From the NCBI RefSeq assembly GCF_964204645.1, contig NC_134028.1, forward strand, positions 8,494,001 to 8,558,000: 64,000 bases of DNA, in the 5' to 3' direction. The translations under genes were made by a program, and so were the position numbers. The notes beneath the pieces are model-generated. The model was not told the DNA's origin. It did not search any database and worked only from the letters and a program-made list of their open reading frames with translations. This document shows, in pieces, positions 38,101 through 50,100 of this stretch (the first letter of the stretch is position 1; each line of letters opens with the position of its first letter). The DNA comes from Tubulanus polymorphus (lineage: Eukaryota; Animalia; Nemertea).

Positions 38101-41100
38101 AATAACAATTCTTTCAATTGTAACAGCTGTAACTATGTTATTTACAACAATTGGTTTAGCAATATCAAATGCTTTGAAATCTACTCCTACTCCCACTCCC
38201 AATAAACCAGATAAACCTCCAGGTAATAATTCTATACAAGATAAAGTTAAAGATGGTTTAAAGAAATTAGCAAAATATTTATGGGAACTATCAAAGAAAT
38301 CTGCTGCAGCTTTACCGGGAGTTATTGCTTCAATTGTTGGTTTTATATTGAAATCTGCAGGTAATATTCTTAACTTTGCTGCTGAACATATTATTTTATT
38401 TTTAATTACAGTTGTAAGTGCTATTATTTTTGGGTTAGTAAATATGATATCAAAAAATATCAAGTAAACCATGATATCAAAAAATATCAAAAAATAAATA
38501 ATTAATTTTTTTGTTAAATAAATGAGTGGGAGTTATATAAGTCCTTCGAAGAATCATAGAATATCTAATGCTATTAAAGCAGAGAGATCACATCATATAA
38601 TTACTCATAACCCTTCTAATATTAATCCCGATGAAACTTTATACGTTAGAATCCCTCGATTAACACAAAATACTTTTTATGTTCCAAACAGTATTTATTT
38701 ATCAGCCGATATAAAAGTAACTGGCCATGATAACAATTATGTTGTTGATAATGTTGGAAGATATTTGATTAAAAAATTAACTATAAAGATTGGTCCGGAA
38801 ACAGTTTTCTCATTAGATGATTATAATTTATTTATGCATTATAAAGATTTATGGTTAACTAAAGAAAATAGAAATAATATGATATTTCAAGGCATCCAAT
38901 CGGAAAACCATAATAAATTAAGATCTGAAGCCAATAATGCAGTAGTAACTCGTGCCACAGATAATTTGATTAAAAAGATTTATGGAAGCAAATATAAAAT
39001 TCCATTAGACTTTGAATTGATAAATAATAATGCACCTTTATATAAATACGCAATTCAAGAAGATATTATATTTGAGATAACATTTGCTCCTGTAAATGAA
39101 ATTGTATTATCTAGCGTTGTTAAAGATATGGGTTATAAATTATCGAATATATGTTTAGAATATAACACAGTAACTAATGAAAATATTGCTAGCACAATTC
39201 AAACTCAATACAATCAAGGATTTTCATTATTATATGATTATATTGATAAATTTAAAACTGTAACTATTAATGCAAATGATGAAATAATTAATGAGAATAT
39301 TAACTTTCCTAGAAGATCTATTAAAGGTATATTAATATTTTTTACTATTGCAACATATTCTAATGGTGCAATAAATGTTGATAATTATTATAATCCTGAA
39401 ATAACAAAAGTAGAAATAACTATTGAAGGTATAGCGAATAAAATATTTTGTCAAGGAATGAGAATGATAGATCAATGGGTAGAAATTAAAAAACATTTTA
39501 TGAATGAAAAAGTAAAATCATTTGAAAATTGTAATATTAATCAAATTGATTATTATACCGGTAATAAATATGCATTATGGTTAGATTTTAGAACAACTGA
39601 AGATAATTCATTACATGGTTCTGGAAAAAAACTACAAAATACAAAAGATGGAATACAATTATTCATGAAAAAGAATAAAGGAATCAAAAATTTTAAAATG
39701 CACATTTATATTATATCTGATGCGCAATTAAATATTGTAAATTCACAATTAGATAGTATTCAATATTAGAAATATAAAGTTAAAATTAAGTGTATATAAA
39801 TGGGTGGTAAAAAATCTCCTAATACTAAAGAACAATATTTAAGAAATTTATATTACAACCCTGAGAGTTCGGTTGCTTATTCTTCTACCAAACATATATG
39901 GCGTCAAGTAAAACAAGATAAATTAGATAAGATAATCCCACAAAATTTAGTTAAATATAAAGATATAAATGAATTTATGTTAGAACAACCAACATATACA
40001 ACACATAAAAAAATTGTTAGAAAATATGAAACTCGTAAAACTATGGTAAGTTATGTAGATCAACAGTGGCAAGGAGATTTAATTGATAGGAAAAATGTTA
40101 AGAAAGATAATGATGATTATTGGTGGTTATTGAATATAATTGATATTTTTAGTCGTTATGTATGGAGTTTCCCACTTTATAGAAAAGATGCTGCACAAAC
40201 ATCACATGTTTTAAGAAAATTTCTTTCGGATGATAAACTAAAACCAGAAAAAATACAATTTGATGATGGAAAAGAATTTGATAATTCACTTGTTCATGAA
40301 CTCTTAGATAATCATAATATTAAATATTTTTCAACAAAATCAGATAAAAAAGCAGCAGTTGTTGAACGATTTAATAGAACATTAAGAACAAGAATGTGGA
40401 AATATTTTACAGCAAATAATACTTTTAAATGGATTGATGTTTTACCAAAATTGATAGAAGGATATAATAATTCTTATCATTCTTCTATTGGAATGAAACC
40501 TATTGATGCTAGAAAATCTGAAAATGCTGAAATTGTTTGGAATAATTTATATGGAGCATTTCTTATAGATGATTTTGGTGAACCTAAATTTAAAGTTGGT
40601 CAAAATGTTAGAATTTCTAAGTATAAAAAGATATTTGATAAAGGATACGATCGAAATTTTACTAGGGAAATATATAAAATAAAAAAGGTAATAACAACAA
40701 AACCATATGTCTATAAATTAGAAGATTTAGATGGTGAAGAAGTTGATGGATATTTTTATGAAGAAGAATTAAGTTTAACTACTGAAAATCTAGAACAAGA
40801 ATATAAAATTGAAAAAGTATTAAAAACAAAAACTATTAAAAGAAAAAAATATTCTTTAGTAAAATGGGTTGGATGGCCAGATAAATTCAATGAATGGATA
40901 TTATCAAGTAAAATTAAAAATATATAAATGAATAAGGAATTACTCATATTTGAGCCTCATAATATGTTAATTTCTGGTGTAACAAATTGTGGAAAAACTT
41001 ATTTTATATTACATTTATTAGAAACTGTTTATGAAAACTATTTTGATAATATAGTATTATTTTGTCCAACATATGAATTTAATCAAACTTATGATAGAAA

Positions 41101-44100
41101 TATTACTAGGAATAATAAATTTATTATATTAGATCCTAAAACAGTAAAAGAAAATTTAGATAATTGTATTAAAATAGCAATTGATATTTATAAAGGATCA
41201 AATACATTATTTATCATAGATGATTGTGCAAATTTACATGATTCTAAAATTAGAGAAAGTGAGTTATGTTATTTAGCTTTCTCTGGGAGACATTTTGGGA
41301 TAACAACTTGGGTTTTAAATCAAAAATATAATTCAATTGTTAAAGACTTTAGAGAAAACATTAGATTTCTAGTTTTATTCTACAATAAAGATAGAAAATC
41401 AATGAAAAATGCACTTGAGGAAAATGATATTATTCCACATGATTTACATAATGAATATATGGATGAGTTGAAAAATATCAAAAGATCAAAATTACTATTT
41501 AGATTACAACACCCATTTAAATATGAATTTATTTAAATTCAATTAGTTTGTTAATCTAGTTGAATTCTAGTTATTGGTAGTTGTAACAAAAATCAAATAG
41601 ATTTAACAATATTTTAACTAGCTTGTTAATCTATTTTAATTCTAGTTACATTCTAGTTGAATTCTAGTTGTTAGTAGTTGAAACAAAAATCAACTAGATT
41701 TAACAAGAAATAAATAAAAACAACAATATTTCAACTAGCTTGTTAATCTAGTTGAATTCTAGTTACATTCTAGTTAAATTCTAGTTGCAACATCACACAA
41801 TTAATTTTTTTGTTATATAAATGGTAGGTGAAAAGAAAATAAAATCTAAAAATGGTGATGTTCCAATTGAAAAAACTTTAGATAATTTAGGAATAACAGA
41901 AACAAAATTAACTCCAGATGATGGTGTTTTAAATAATGTTACAACAAATAATAATTATGAATATTATCTTTATTGTAAACATCAATTAGAAATATTAATA
42001 GCATCTGGAAAATGTAAAAATTTTGTCAGTAAAAATTTAACTTATAATGAATTAGACACAATGAAATCAGATGAAATTATTAAATTATTTAAGATTTATG
42101 AAGCCGCGAGAACAGCTAGAATTAATGACGCGATATCAGAAAATGTAGTAAAAGGTTATAGTAAATTATGTAATTATATACTACCAATTGAAGATGAAAA
42201 TAGATTATATTCCGATTTAAAAAATGATTATTTAGTTATGACTGAATTAAATAAATGGATTGGATATTTATCATTTCAATTAGGTGGATTTATGACATTA
42301 TTATCAACTGGAGTTATAACATTTTCAAATATTGAAAGTAAAAATATTTCTATAATAAATGAGCGAGGTGAAAGAAGTGAAGGAATTAACTGTGAAGAAA
42401 AAACCGAGAACTCAGAAACAAATTGAATGGTCTCGACAATTAGGAATTAAATCACAAGAATATAAAAAAGCTGTAAAAGAAAAAATAAGTAATAAAAATG
42501 TTAATAAAAATGGTGAAAATATTGTTATTTCTACTCCTTCTGATAGTAGAATATTTGATAAATATTTATATTTTACAGTTGGATTTGTAATTGTATTCAT
42601 TTTGATTGGGTGTAGTTGGTATAAGAAATCAAATAAAATTCATAATATTAGTAATTCTGAACCAACTGCTATCAAAAATGAAAGTACTTCTGAAATTCCA
42701 AAATTGATAATAAAAAAAATGGATTAATATTTTAGAAAAAAAAGTAAAAAAAATAATTAAATATCTCACTACTTTTGTCTATCTATGTGGAGCAATTAAA
42801 TTGTCCAGATAAGTCATTTCGGATTCTAGATATTCATTATTTTTATTAATTTATTTTGTTTTTATTTGAATATTTGAATTTGAATTTGTTAATCAATTAA
42901 CATAGTAATTGATTACTAATTTGATTAAAAATTATATCATAATTAAGTTAAAAATACATAATTCATTTATCAGTTTTCATTCTTACATTCTTTTCATTTG
43001 GAATAATTTATAATTTCAAATTTCACATATTTTTTTAACACCAACAACATTTACTTAGGTGTTTTAGCTAAGTATATAAGGCAATTCATTCAACCACTGG
43101 AGTAGCTCTAGCCAGCAGAGGCATTTTGAAAATGCACCTTCGTCCACTCTCTGGGTTTCTACTTCGGTTTCGAATTTCGAGATTGGTAGAAATTACATTA
43201 GGCGCCTTTAATATAATGTGATTTCTACCAATCATTGAAGGAGATCCCGGTTGATGTGGGTCTCCGGGGGTGTAAGTAGAAATGACGGGGGATAAGCGTC
43301 CCGTGGCGCCTTTCAATAATGGGATGCTTATCCCCTGAAAACTCTGTAGGTCGAGGATAGGGCAATTTTGCTAAAACTTACCGTAAAAACATTGAAATAT
43401 TCCTTTTAATCACGAGAGAATGATGACTATCCTCCTATCGTCACAGCTGAGCTAATTTAAATAAACCTCGTTTTCAGCAACTAATGAAAACGCAGTAATT
43501 CGATACCAGCTAACTGGTTTGTGTGTGTTGTATGTACTACGTGCTTATTATAACAACAACGTTGTGCAACACCTGTTTGATTGATCAATATTCAAATGAA
43601 GCACTCTCTTATAATAATATGTAACAGATGTACTGTATGATTGTAGTTGTTTATAAAACGACTAAGGTCATTTTGGATTCTAGATATTCATTATTTTTAT
43701 TTCTTATTTAATCAACAATTTCTAAATCATGATGACCGTCTTCATTTTTCCCATGATATATTATTTTAAATCCTACTAAATCTTTCAATTCCTCCGTACT
43801 CAATGAAACCCATTTATCGGGTAAAAACACTTTAAATTCTCGCGATGTACTAACATTACAGTAGCTTAAATTAGCTGATACTTTCTCTCCATATTTAGTT
43901 TTTATCTTTTCTAATTTCAATATTTTATGTTCAATTTCTTTTGTAACATCAACTAACTTTTTTATTTCAAATTGTTTTTTTGCTGGTTTTATTCTGTTAT
44001 TTATTGTTGCTAAGAATGCTTTTCTATCTCCCATTTATTAGGAAAAAAAATTACTTGTGGTGATGAGTGGTGTCTCGCCCTCTCGCCCTCTGATCTGAAA

Positions 44101-47100
44101 CCCCACTTTTCTAATTACTGGTGTAAGCGTTTATTTTACGAAGCACCGTCAACGGCGGAAGAGTAGTTATTATCTATGTGAAACACGGTATTGATTATTG
44201 CGAACTCTTATCATATGAAGTAACCAATGATAATCTTTGGATAAAATTAGAAAACTACAACCGGGGTGTATCTACTGAAGCCCTAATGCATCCATCGATG
44301 AGAGTAGGGAGATTTGATTTATAAGATGTCAAAAGAGATACGCCCTATGCCGAAATTATTATCTGTGGAGATATGAATTTTTATCCTGAGATAGACTGGA
44401 ATGAGATGTCCACCAAGTTAGGGTTGCCAACTGCTCCGGAAAGATTCGTGATTATTTTCTCACCCAGCACGTATAGATCAACCAACAAGGCACCGTGCAA
44501 ACCAGCGTAGGTCACGACTGTCAACATAAGGCACCCCTTCTGGGAGCGAAGACCACGTCATTATTATTTTTAATCTCAATTGATTTTAATGAACTTCCGA
44601 GGAGTGTTAATGTATGAAGTGGTGAACCTACGATAAAGTGAGGGACGAAATGTGTAAACAAAACTCATTTGACTGTCAAATCAGTTTTGTTTTGACAACT
44701 CGTCAGACAGCTTATCAAGCTTGGATGTCACATTTAGCTGATATTTAATTAGAGATTCGATATGTGATCTAACCAAAAGGTTTGTACCCTGTTATAGAAT
44801 TACCCATGAGCACGACGAAGGTAAAAAGCCCATTTGGATGAATGCCCCGGCTCTAAGGAAAGTTAAAATGAAACACTACAGAGAGCCTGGTAAAGGTATC
44901 TCACCACCAAGAACGGTAAGTTTAACAAATTGTATCAACAAAAGAAACTTTGCGCGAAGAGAAATAAAAAGAGCCGTCAGATTGTACGAAAAAAAACTAT
45001 CGTGAACAAGGTTAGAAAAACCCTTAGGCATTCTGGAGTTACATGAATACTAGATCTAAAATCAAACAAAAAACAGACATACCGCCTTCGGTTTCAACAA
45101 CGGTTCGATACTTTCAGATGACAAAGAGATAGCTAAACTATTTAACACCTTCTTTAGTCGCGTGTTCACGGAGAAAAATTTGACGAGCTTTCCCGATCGA
45201 GCACCGAAGGTTTTAGAAAACATAAGTAATATTGATATAGATGCCGAACTAGTATAGAAACATTTGAATAACCTAAATATACAAGAGCCCAGGCCCTGAT
45301 ACTCTCACCGAGAGTATACTCGGGGAACTGTCCGTTGAGCTTTGTTTACCTTTGGCGATTCTTTTTGAAAAATCGCTAAAACTATGGTCACTTACCATCG
45401 GACTGGAAAATTGGTCTTATAATGCCTATCCTAAAAAGGACGAAAAGACGAAGTTAGAAATTACCACCCTGACAATTATCAGGCATACAACAATGGAGCA
45501 CTTAAGATACATCGATATCCCCTGCACAACATAGCTTTGTACCCAAAAAGGAATTGTCAGACCAACCTGTCAATGTCTCTTGAGAAATGGACCAGTAAAC
45601 TCGACCGAAAAGGTATGGTTGACTCAATTTACATAGACTTCGAATAGGTGTTTGATAGGGTACCTCAGTGCCACCAACGTTTGACAAGGAAACTACGTAA
45701 TATGGGTATAGACGGCAAGGTCTTAGATTGGATATCAGATTTCCGAAGGAAAAAACCCGAGCGTGACTTAAGCATTCCGCGTTATTGAACTTCGTTTTGT
45801 GAATAATATTAGGCGGCTCCGAAATGTTCTCGGTTATTATCAGGATATCTAATTTTATGCGCTCTGCGTGATATATGCATTTTGCTGAAGACCCGTGTGA
45901 GTTATCCTGTAACATCTTCTGAACAAACCAATGATGATCGTAAATGTCAATAATGAATGTCTATCACGTCCACGATTCCCCGGTCTCGGCACATAAGAAA
46001 AAGATACAGTAAACCTTGCGTAAGTCGTATAATCGCTTATATAGGATGAATATTGATGGTCCCGAATTTTCCTTCTTTTTTCTAATAAATTAACATCCCA
46101 ATATTTCCTCCAATTCAAAAGTCGGTAACTCGCCATACTCGTAGTATATCTTTTCTTGGCCCCAAAATAAAAATCAGGATTACTAAAAAAATCGAGATTA
46201 ATCACCGAAAGCCAAAGGGATATATATTCTTCCCATTGCAGTTTGATTTCTTCCCTGTTCCGACCCCTGTTTCTTGCTTGGAATCGACGATGCATTTGAC
46301 AGACGTTATTATTGTGTTTTAGAAAAATAAACCGGAAATATTTCAGTGTTTTCAAAACATTTGTTGATTTAATTTTTCCGTTCACAGAAACTGATTCTCA
46401 AGTCGTAGTTTTCGGAAAGTGGTGAAATCCGACTTATTCAACGTCAGATTTTCCATGTTGGGGGATTTTTCTTGTTCCCAAAAGATCTGACTTACACAAG
46501 GTTTACACTTAGCCTATTGGATTCTTCATGATACGACGGCTTTTGAAGTGTTGCCCGAATGCTGTAAGCAGGCAGTAGGACTTGAACCCGCTTGTCACGT
46601 GCATTATCCCCCTGAGTTATTGAAGCTGCTTAACTTTTAATAATTTGGAAAGACTGGGAAAATCCGATCTATTTCTATTGCAGGAGACAGTAATCGAAGG
46701 AGCAATAAATGAACCAAACAGTACATTCACCGGAAATGGATATACAAGGTTTTATTTGCATACGAAAAAATCAGATGTAGTCCTGCGATTCATTTTCGCG
46801 AAAAATGTGTTAAATCGAAAACCATTTATTTCAGTCTGGCGATAATTTATGTGTCACTCGCAGTGTCGAATTGGGCGGCGCCTTCGATTGTTAGCGTGTT
46901 AGGCCTCAAAATATCGATGATGGTATCTGGTGCTATTTATGCGTGGGTATTTTTATATTCTATTCAATTTTTTTGTATTAAGTTTGAGCGTTGAAGAATA
47001 AGATAGCTTCATAATAACAGTAAGGTAGTGGGTATCATGTCGACATGACAATGTTGTAACTAAAGCGTTCTTGACTGTGACGTAGTGGCAGCGATATAGA

Positions 47101-50100
47101 AAAAATTCGAGTTCGAATATTGCTAGTTCAATCAAGTCTACTCACCCTTAACCCTCAACGATTCTAATCATGAATCTAACCATTTAACCCCTTACCCCGA
47201 AACCTAATCATAGTGATATTAATGTAATTTTTTTTTATACATGGAGATGGTGGTAATGATGGTAGACTTCTCAACGAACTTTTGAGCACGTAACCCCGAA
47301 AGTTAACTCAACGGAATTATTTTAACAGTACATATACACTATCTCATTGTTGATATTTGCAGGCTGTTTATAGCGTCATTTTTGAAACCAATGACGTGGG
47401 CATTGTACACGACGTCGGTTTTGGTCGGAATCGCTGCGGCAGGTGACTTTTTTCGTCATTCAAAAATTGACTTAAAATGAAAAACACCTCAATTCTTGTG
47501 CAAATAAAAAGATCTGTCTTGATTGTATTTTTAGTGTTATGGACAGCACAAGGAAGTTACTTAACTCTCAATTCTGATCCCGATACGATCGCAATTACAA
47601 GTGGAATTTTCTGGGCATTGTTTCAGTGCAGGTGGGTGCCCTAAAAGATTCAAATTTTCCTATATTCAAACTAAGGGGAGCTATGTTTTCCGGTTACTCT
47701 TGATGAGATGAAAATGACGATAATGATGATGAAAGAATATACATGTATAGAACTAATACTATCAGTTACCCAGAATACCAAACTTACTTTTCCATGAGAG
47801 TCGGGCTATTCGATTGAAACAAATACAATGCCTATATGTTACCAGAATTAATGTAATGACCGTCGAATGGTTAAGCACCTATGCTCTTACTTGCTTCACG
47901 TAGGTCAGCATTCAAAAAGCGATTAGATTTTTGTGTTTTTCTTTTATCTTCCAGTTTGCTGATAGGAAACGTGTATGTTTATTTTACGTTCAAAGGCGAT
48001 ATAACAGTGGACGCGGCGACCAGGACTACGTTATTTTTAGTGTTTACAGCAGTCTGTGTGGCGGGCGTTTTGTTTCTCGCGATATTGTTCTGTTTGAAAG
48101 GTCGACAAGAGACCAGTGTGGAGTCTCTAGTAGTTCCGATAAATCAGGGGTAAAGTAATTTACAACAGGGATTTCATCAATGCGCCATTTGAAAATCTTT
48201 TAACCCATAGATTACTGCGAATTAATTTCAATTATTCCGAAAAAAACTTCAATCAATCTTGTTTTCAAGAATTTTGATTTTCTTCGCATAGACGCGACAT
48301 GATATAAGCTCGTCAGGTCTATATGAGTGTCTTAAGTCTATACTCTTACACGGATATTCTTGTCTAATACTCTTTGTAAGTGGTATAGAATGGCGAATGT
48401 CGGCAGCCTTTTAGAAAATTGGGATGTTGATCAATGTTCTAATGGGAGTAGTGCTAATCCCCGATGCTCAACTCTGTATCCAGTCACTTTAGTCCCAACC
48501 CTATCATGTCTGTACAATGTTGTATTAAGTATTTTGTGTGCTGTTTTCAGTGACGGAGAAAACCGGGGAAATGACGGGCCGTTACAAGCGCTTAGTAAGT
48601 TCAGAATCGATTTAGAATTCTGTCAAAATTTAGTTTATCTTTTTTACGGATGCCTTGTGCATAATTGATTTTAATCATCCGTTTACAGAAGGGTTGTTCC
48701 ATTTGTTTATTACAAGAGACATTTTATTGCTGTGCGTCACATTTGGATTTACAGGTACCTGTATTAATCTAATTCATAGGACTAGACTCGTCAAACTTCG
48801 AATGCTTCTAGTCCGATATTCACTGTACTACGCGATACTGTATAAATTATGATTTCGATGCGCCATACACCACACTAATGGTGGCCGATTCAGACAATTC
48901 GTACCGTTATGAGAAACAACACAAGACACCATTTCGTTGCTTGTGTCGTGGTGATTTACGAGTAGATACCCAAAAAATGGCGCCTGGAAACTGTAAAAAG
49001 GCTTATTAAGCCTTTTTACAGTTTCCAGGCGCCATTTTTTTATAGTAAATCACCATGAGACAAGCAACGAAATGGTGTCTTGTGTTGTTTCTCATAACGG
49101 TACGAATTGTCTGAATCAGCCACCATTATATTGTATATCGGGAGCTCAATCACCCCTGATTACTGGGAAAATACTCAAATATTCCTTCCAGAAACACATA
49201 ACTGTTAGTGTGGTGTATGGTGCATCTCTGATTAACAGAAAAAATCTCTTGACTGTCCCCTGATGTGGAGAGCTGTTCTTATTGTTTTCTACCTCATTAC
49301 AGGTCTTTCACTCACATTCTTTAGTGGTGTTTATGGTACATCCGTCGGTCATTCGAAACGATTTGGTACCGATGCCAAAGGCCTGATCGGAATTTGTGGA
49401 ATATTCATCGGAGTTGGTGAAATTCTAGGTATTTTAAAGCTTATTAATGTTAGAAAATGAAAAGATGATTGTGCATAAACTTGTTTAATGGGGATTTTAG
49501 ATATTCGAGCAAATTACATGCAATTGCACCTACACACGTGTATGTACGTTAATCTTGGGAGGGTTTAACATTAACCACGATAAATTTGGTCTCGTAAATA
49601 GTTGACAGTTACTAGGCTGAAACATAATTGAGTCACCGGTAAATCTTCGGTTAATCTAAAACAGGCATGTGAATCTGGCTGTATGATTACTGAACCTGAA
49701 AATTCGTTACTGCAAAAAGTTAGCAGCGTGTACATGTATCATGTATGAACCTGTTTTCGTGCTCTGTGCAAATGTAAATTTTTTGTGGAGCAATAAACTG
49801 ATTGTAATTGTAAAAAAAATCTAAGCGCTCGGTTAACCATGTAGCTGCTTCATTTTCCAACCTGGCAGATTTACTTGTAGCAATGATTTAATTCACTACA
49901 ATTTTTAATTTTTTACACAAGGTGCTGCTCTGTTAGGTTTATTCGGCAAGTGGATTAAACGATTTGGTAGAGATCCCATTGTATTGTTCGGTTTCCTAGT
50001 AAACATAACGGCGTATTATCTGATATTCTTAAATCTTCCACAAATGTCTCCCATCGAAGAAACTGATGGTGCGGTTTATGTGGACTTCGGGTAAATGTTC

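Larger units (their letters stand above)
26685..44119. mobile_element. Complete Polinton/Maverick (endogenous polintovirus), 17,435 bp
   Basis: 5'-AGT...ACT-3' termini, ~80-bp TIRs and a perfect 6-bp TSD GGTGTA (26679-26684 and 44120-44125). Contains intronless AT-rich genes for pPolB, rve integrase, A32 ATPase and capsid proteins. Confidence 0.97.

Noticed and set aside
37570-38490. Antisense ORFs within Polinton genes (also 30236-30499, 36877-37119, 42412-42600)
   Set aside because: Shadows of the plus-strand genes, without the TAAATG start signature.
41548-41788. Possible CRISPR-like array
   Set aside because: Units are short and degenerate with no unique spacers of regular length; eukaryotic context and no cas genes.
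43096-43340. Pol III VA-RNA-like gene or the 76-aa minus-strand ORF 43086-43316
   Set aside because: No convincing A/B box pair was found. The ORF lacks an ATG/TAAATG start and the element's codon bias.
45502-46385. Minus-strand ORFs of 137 and 176 aa
   Set aside because: Antisense to LINE remnants or intronic, with no recognisable motifs.
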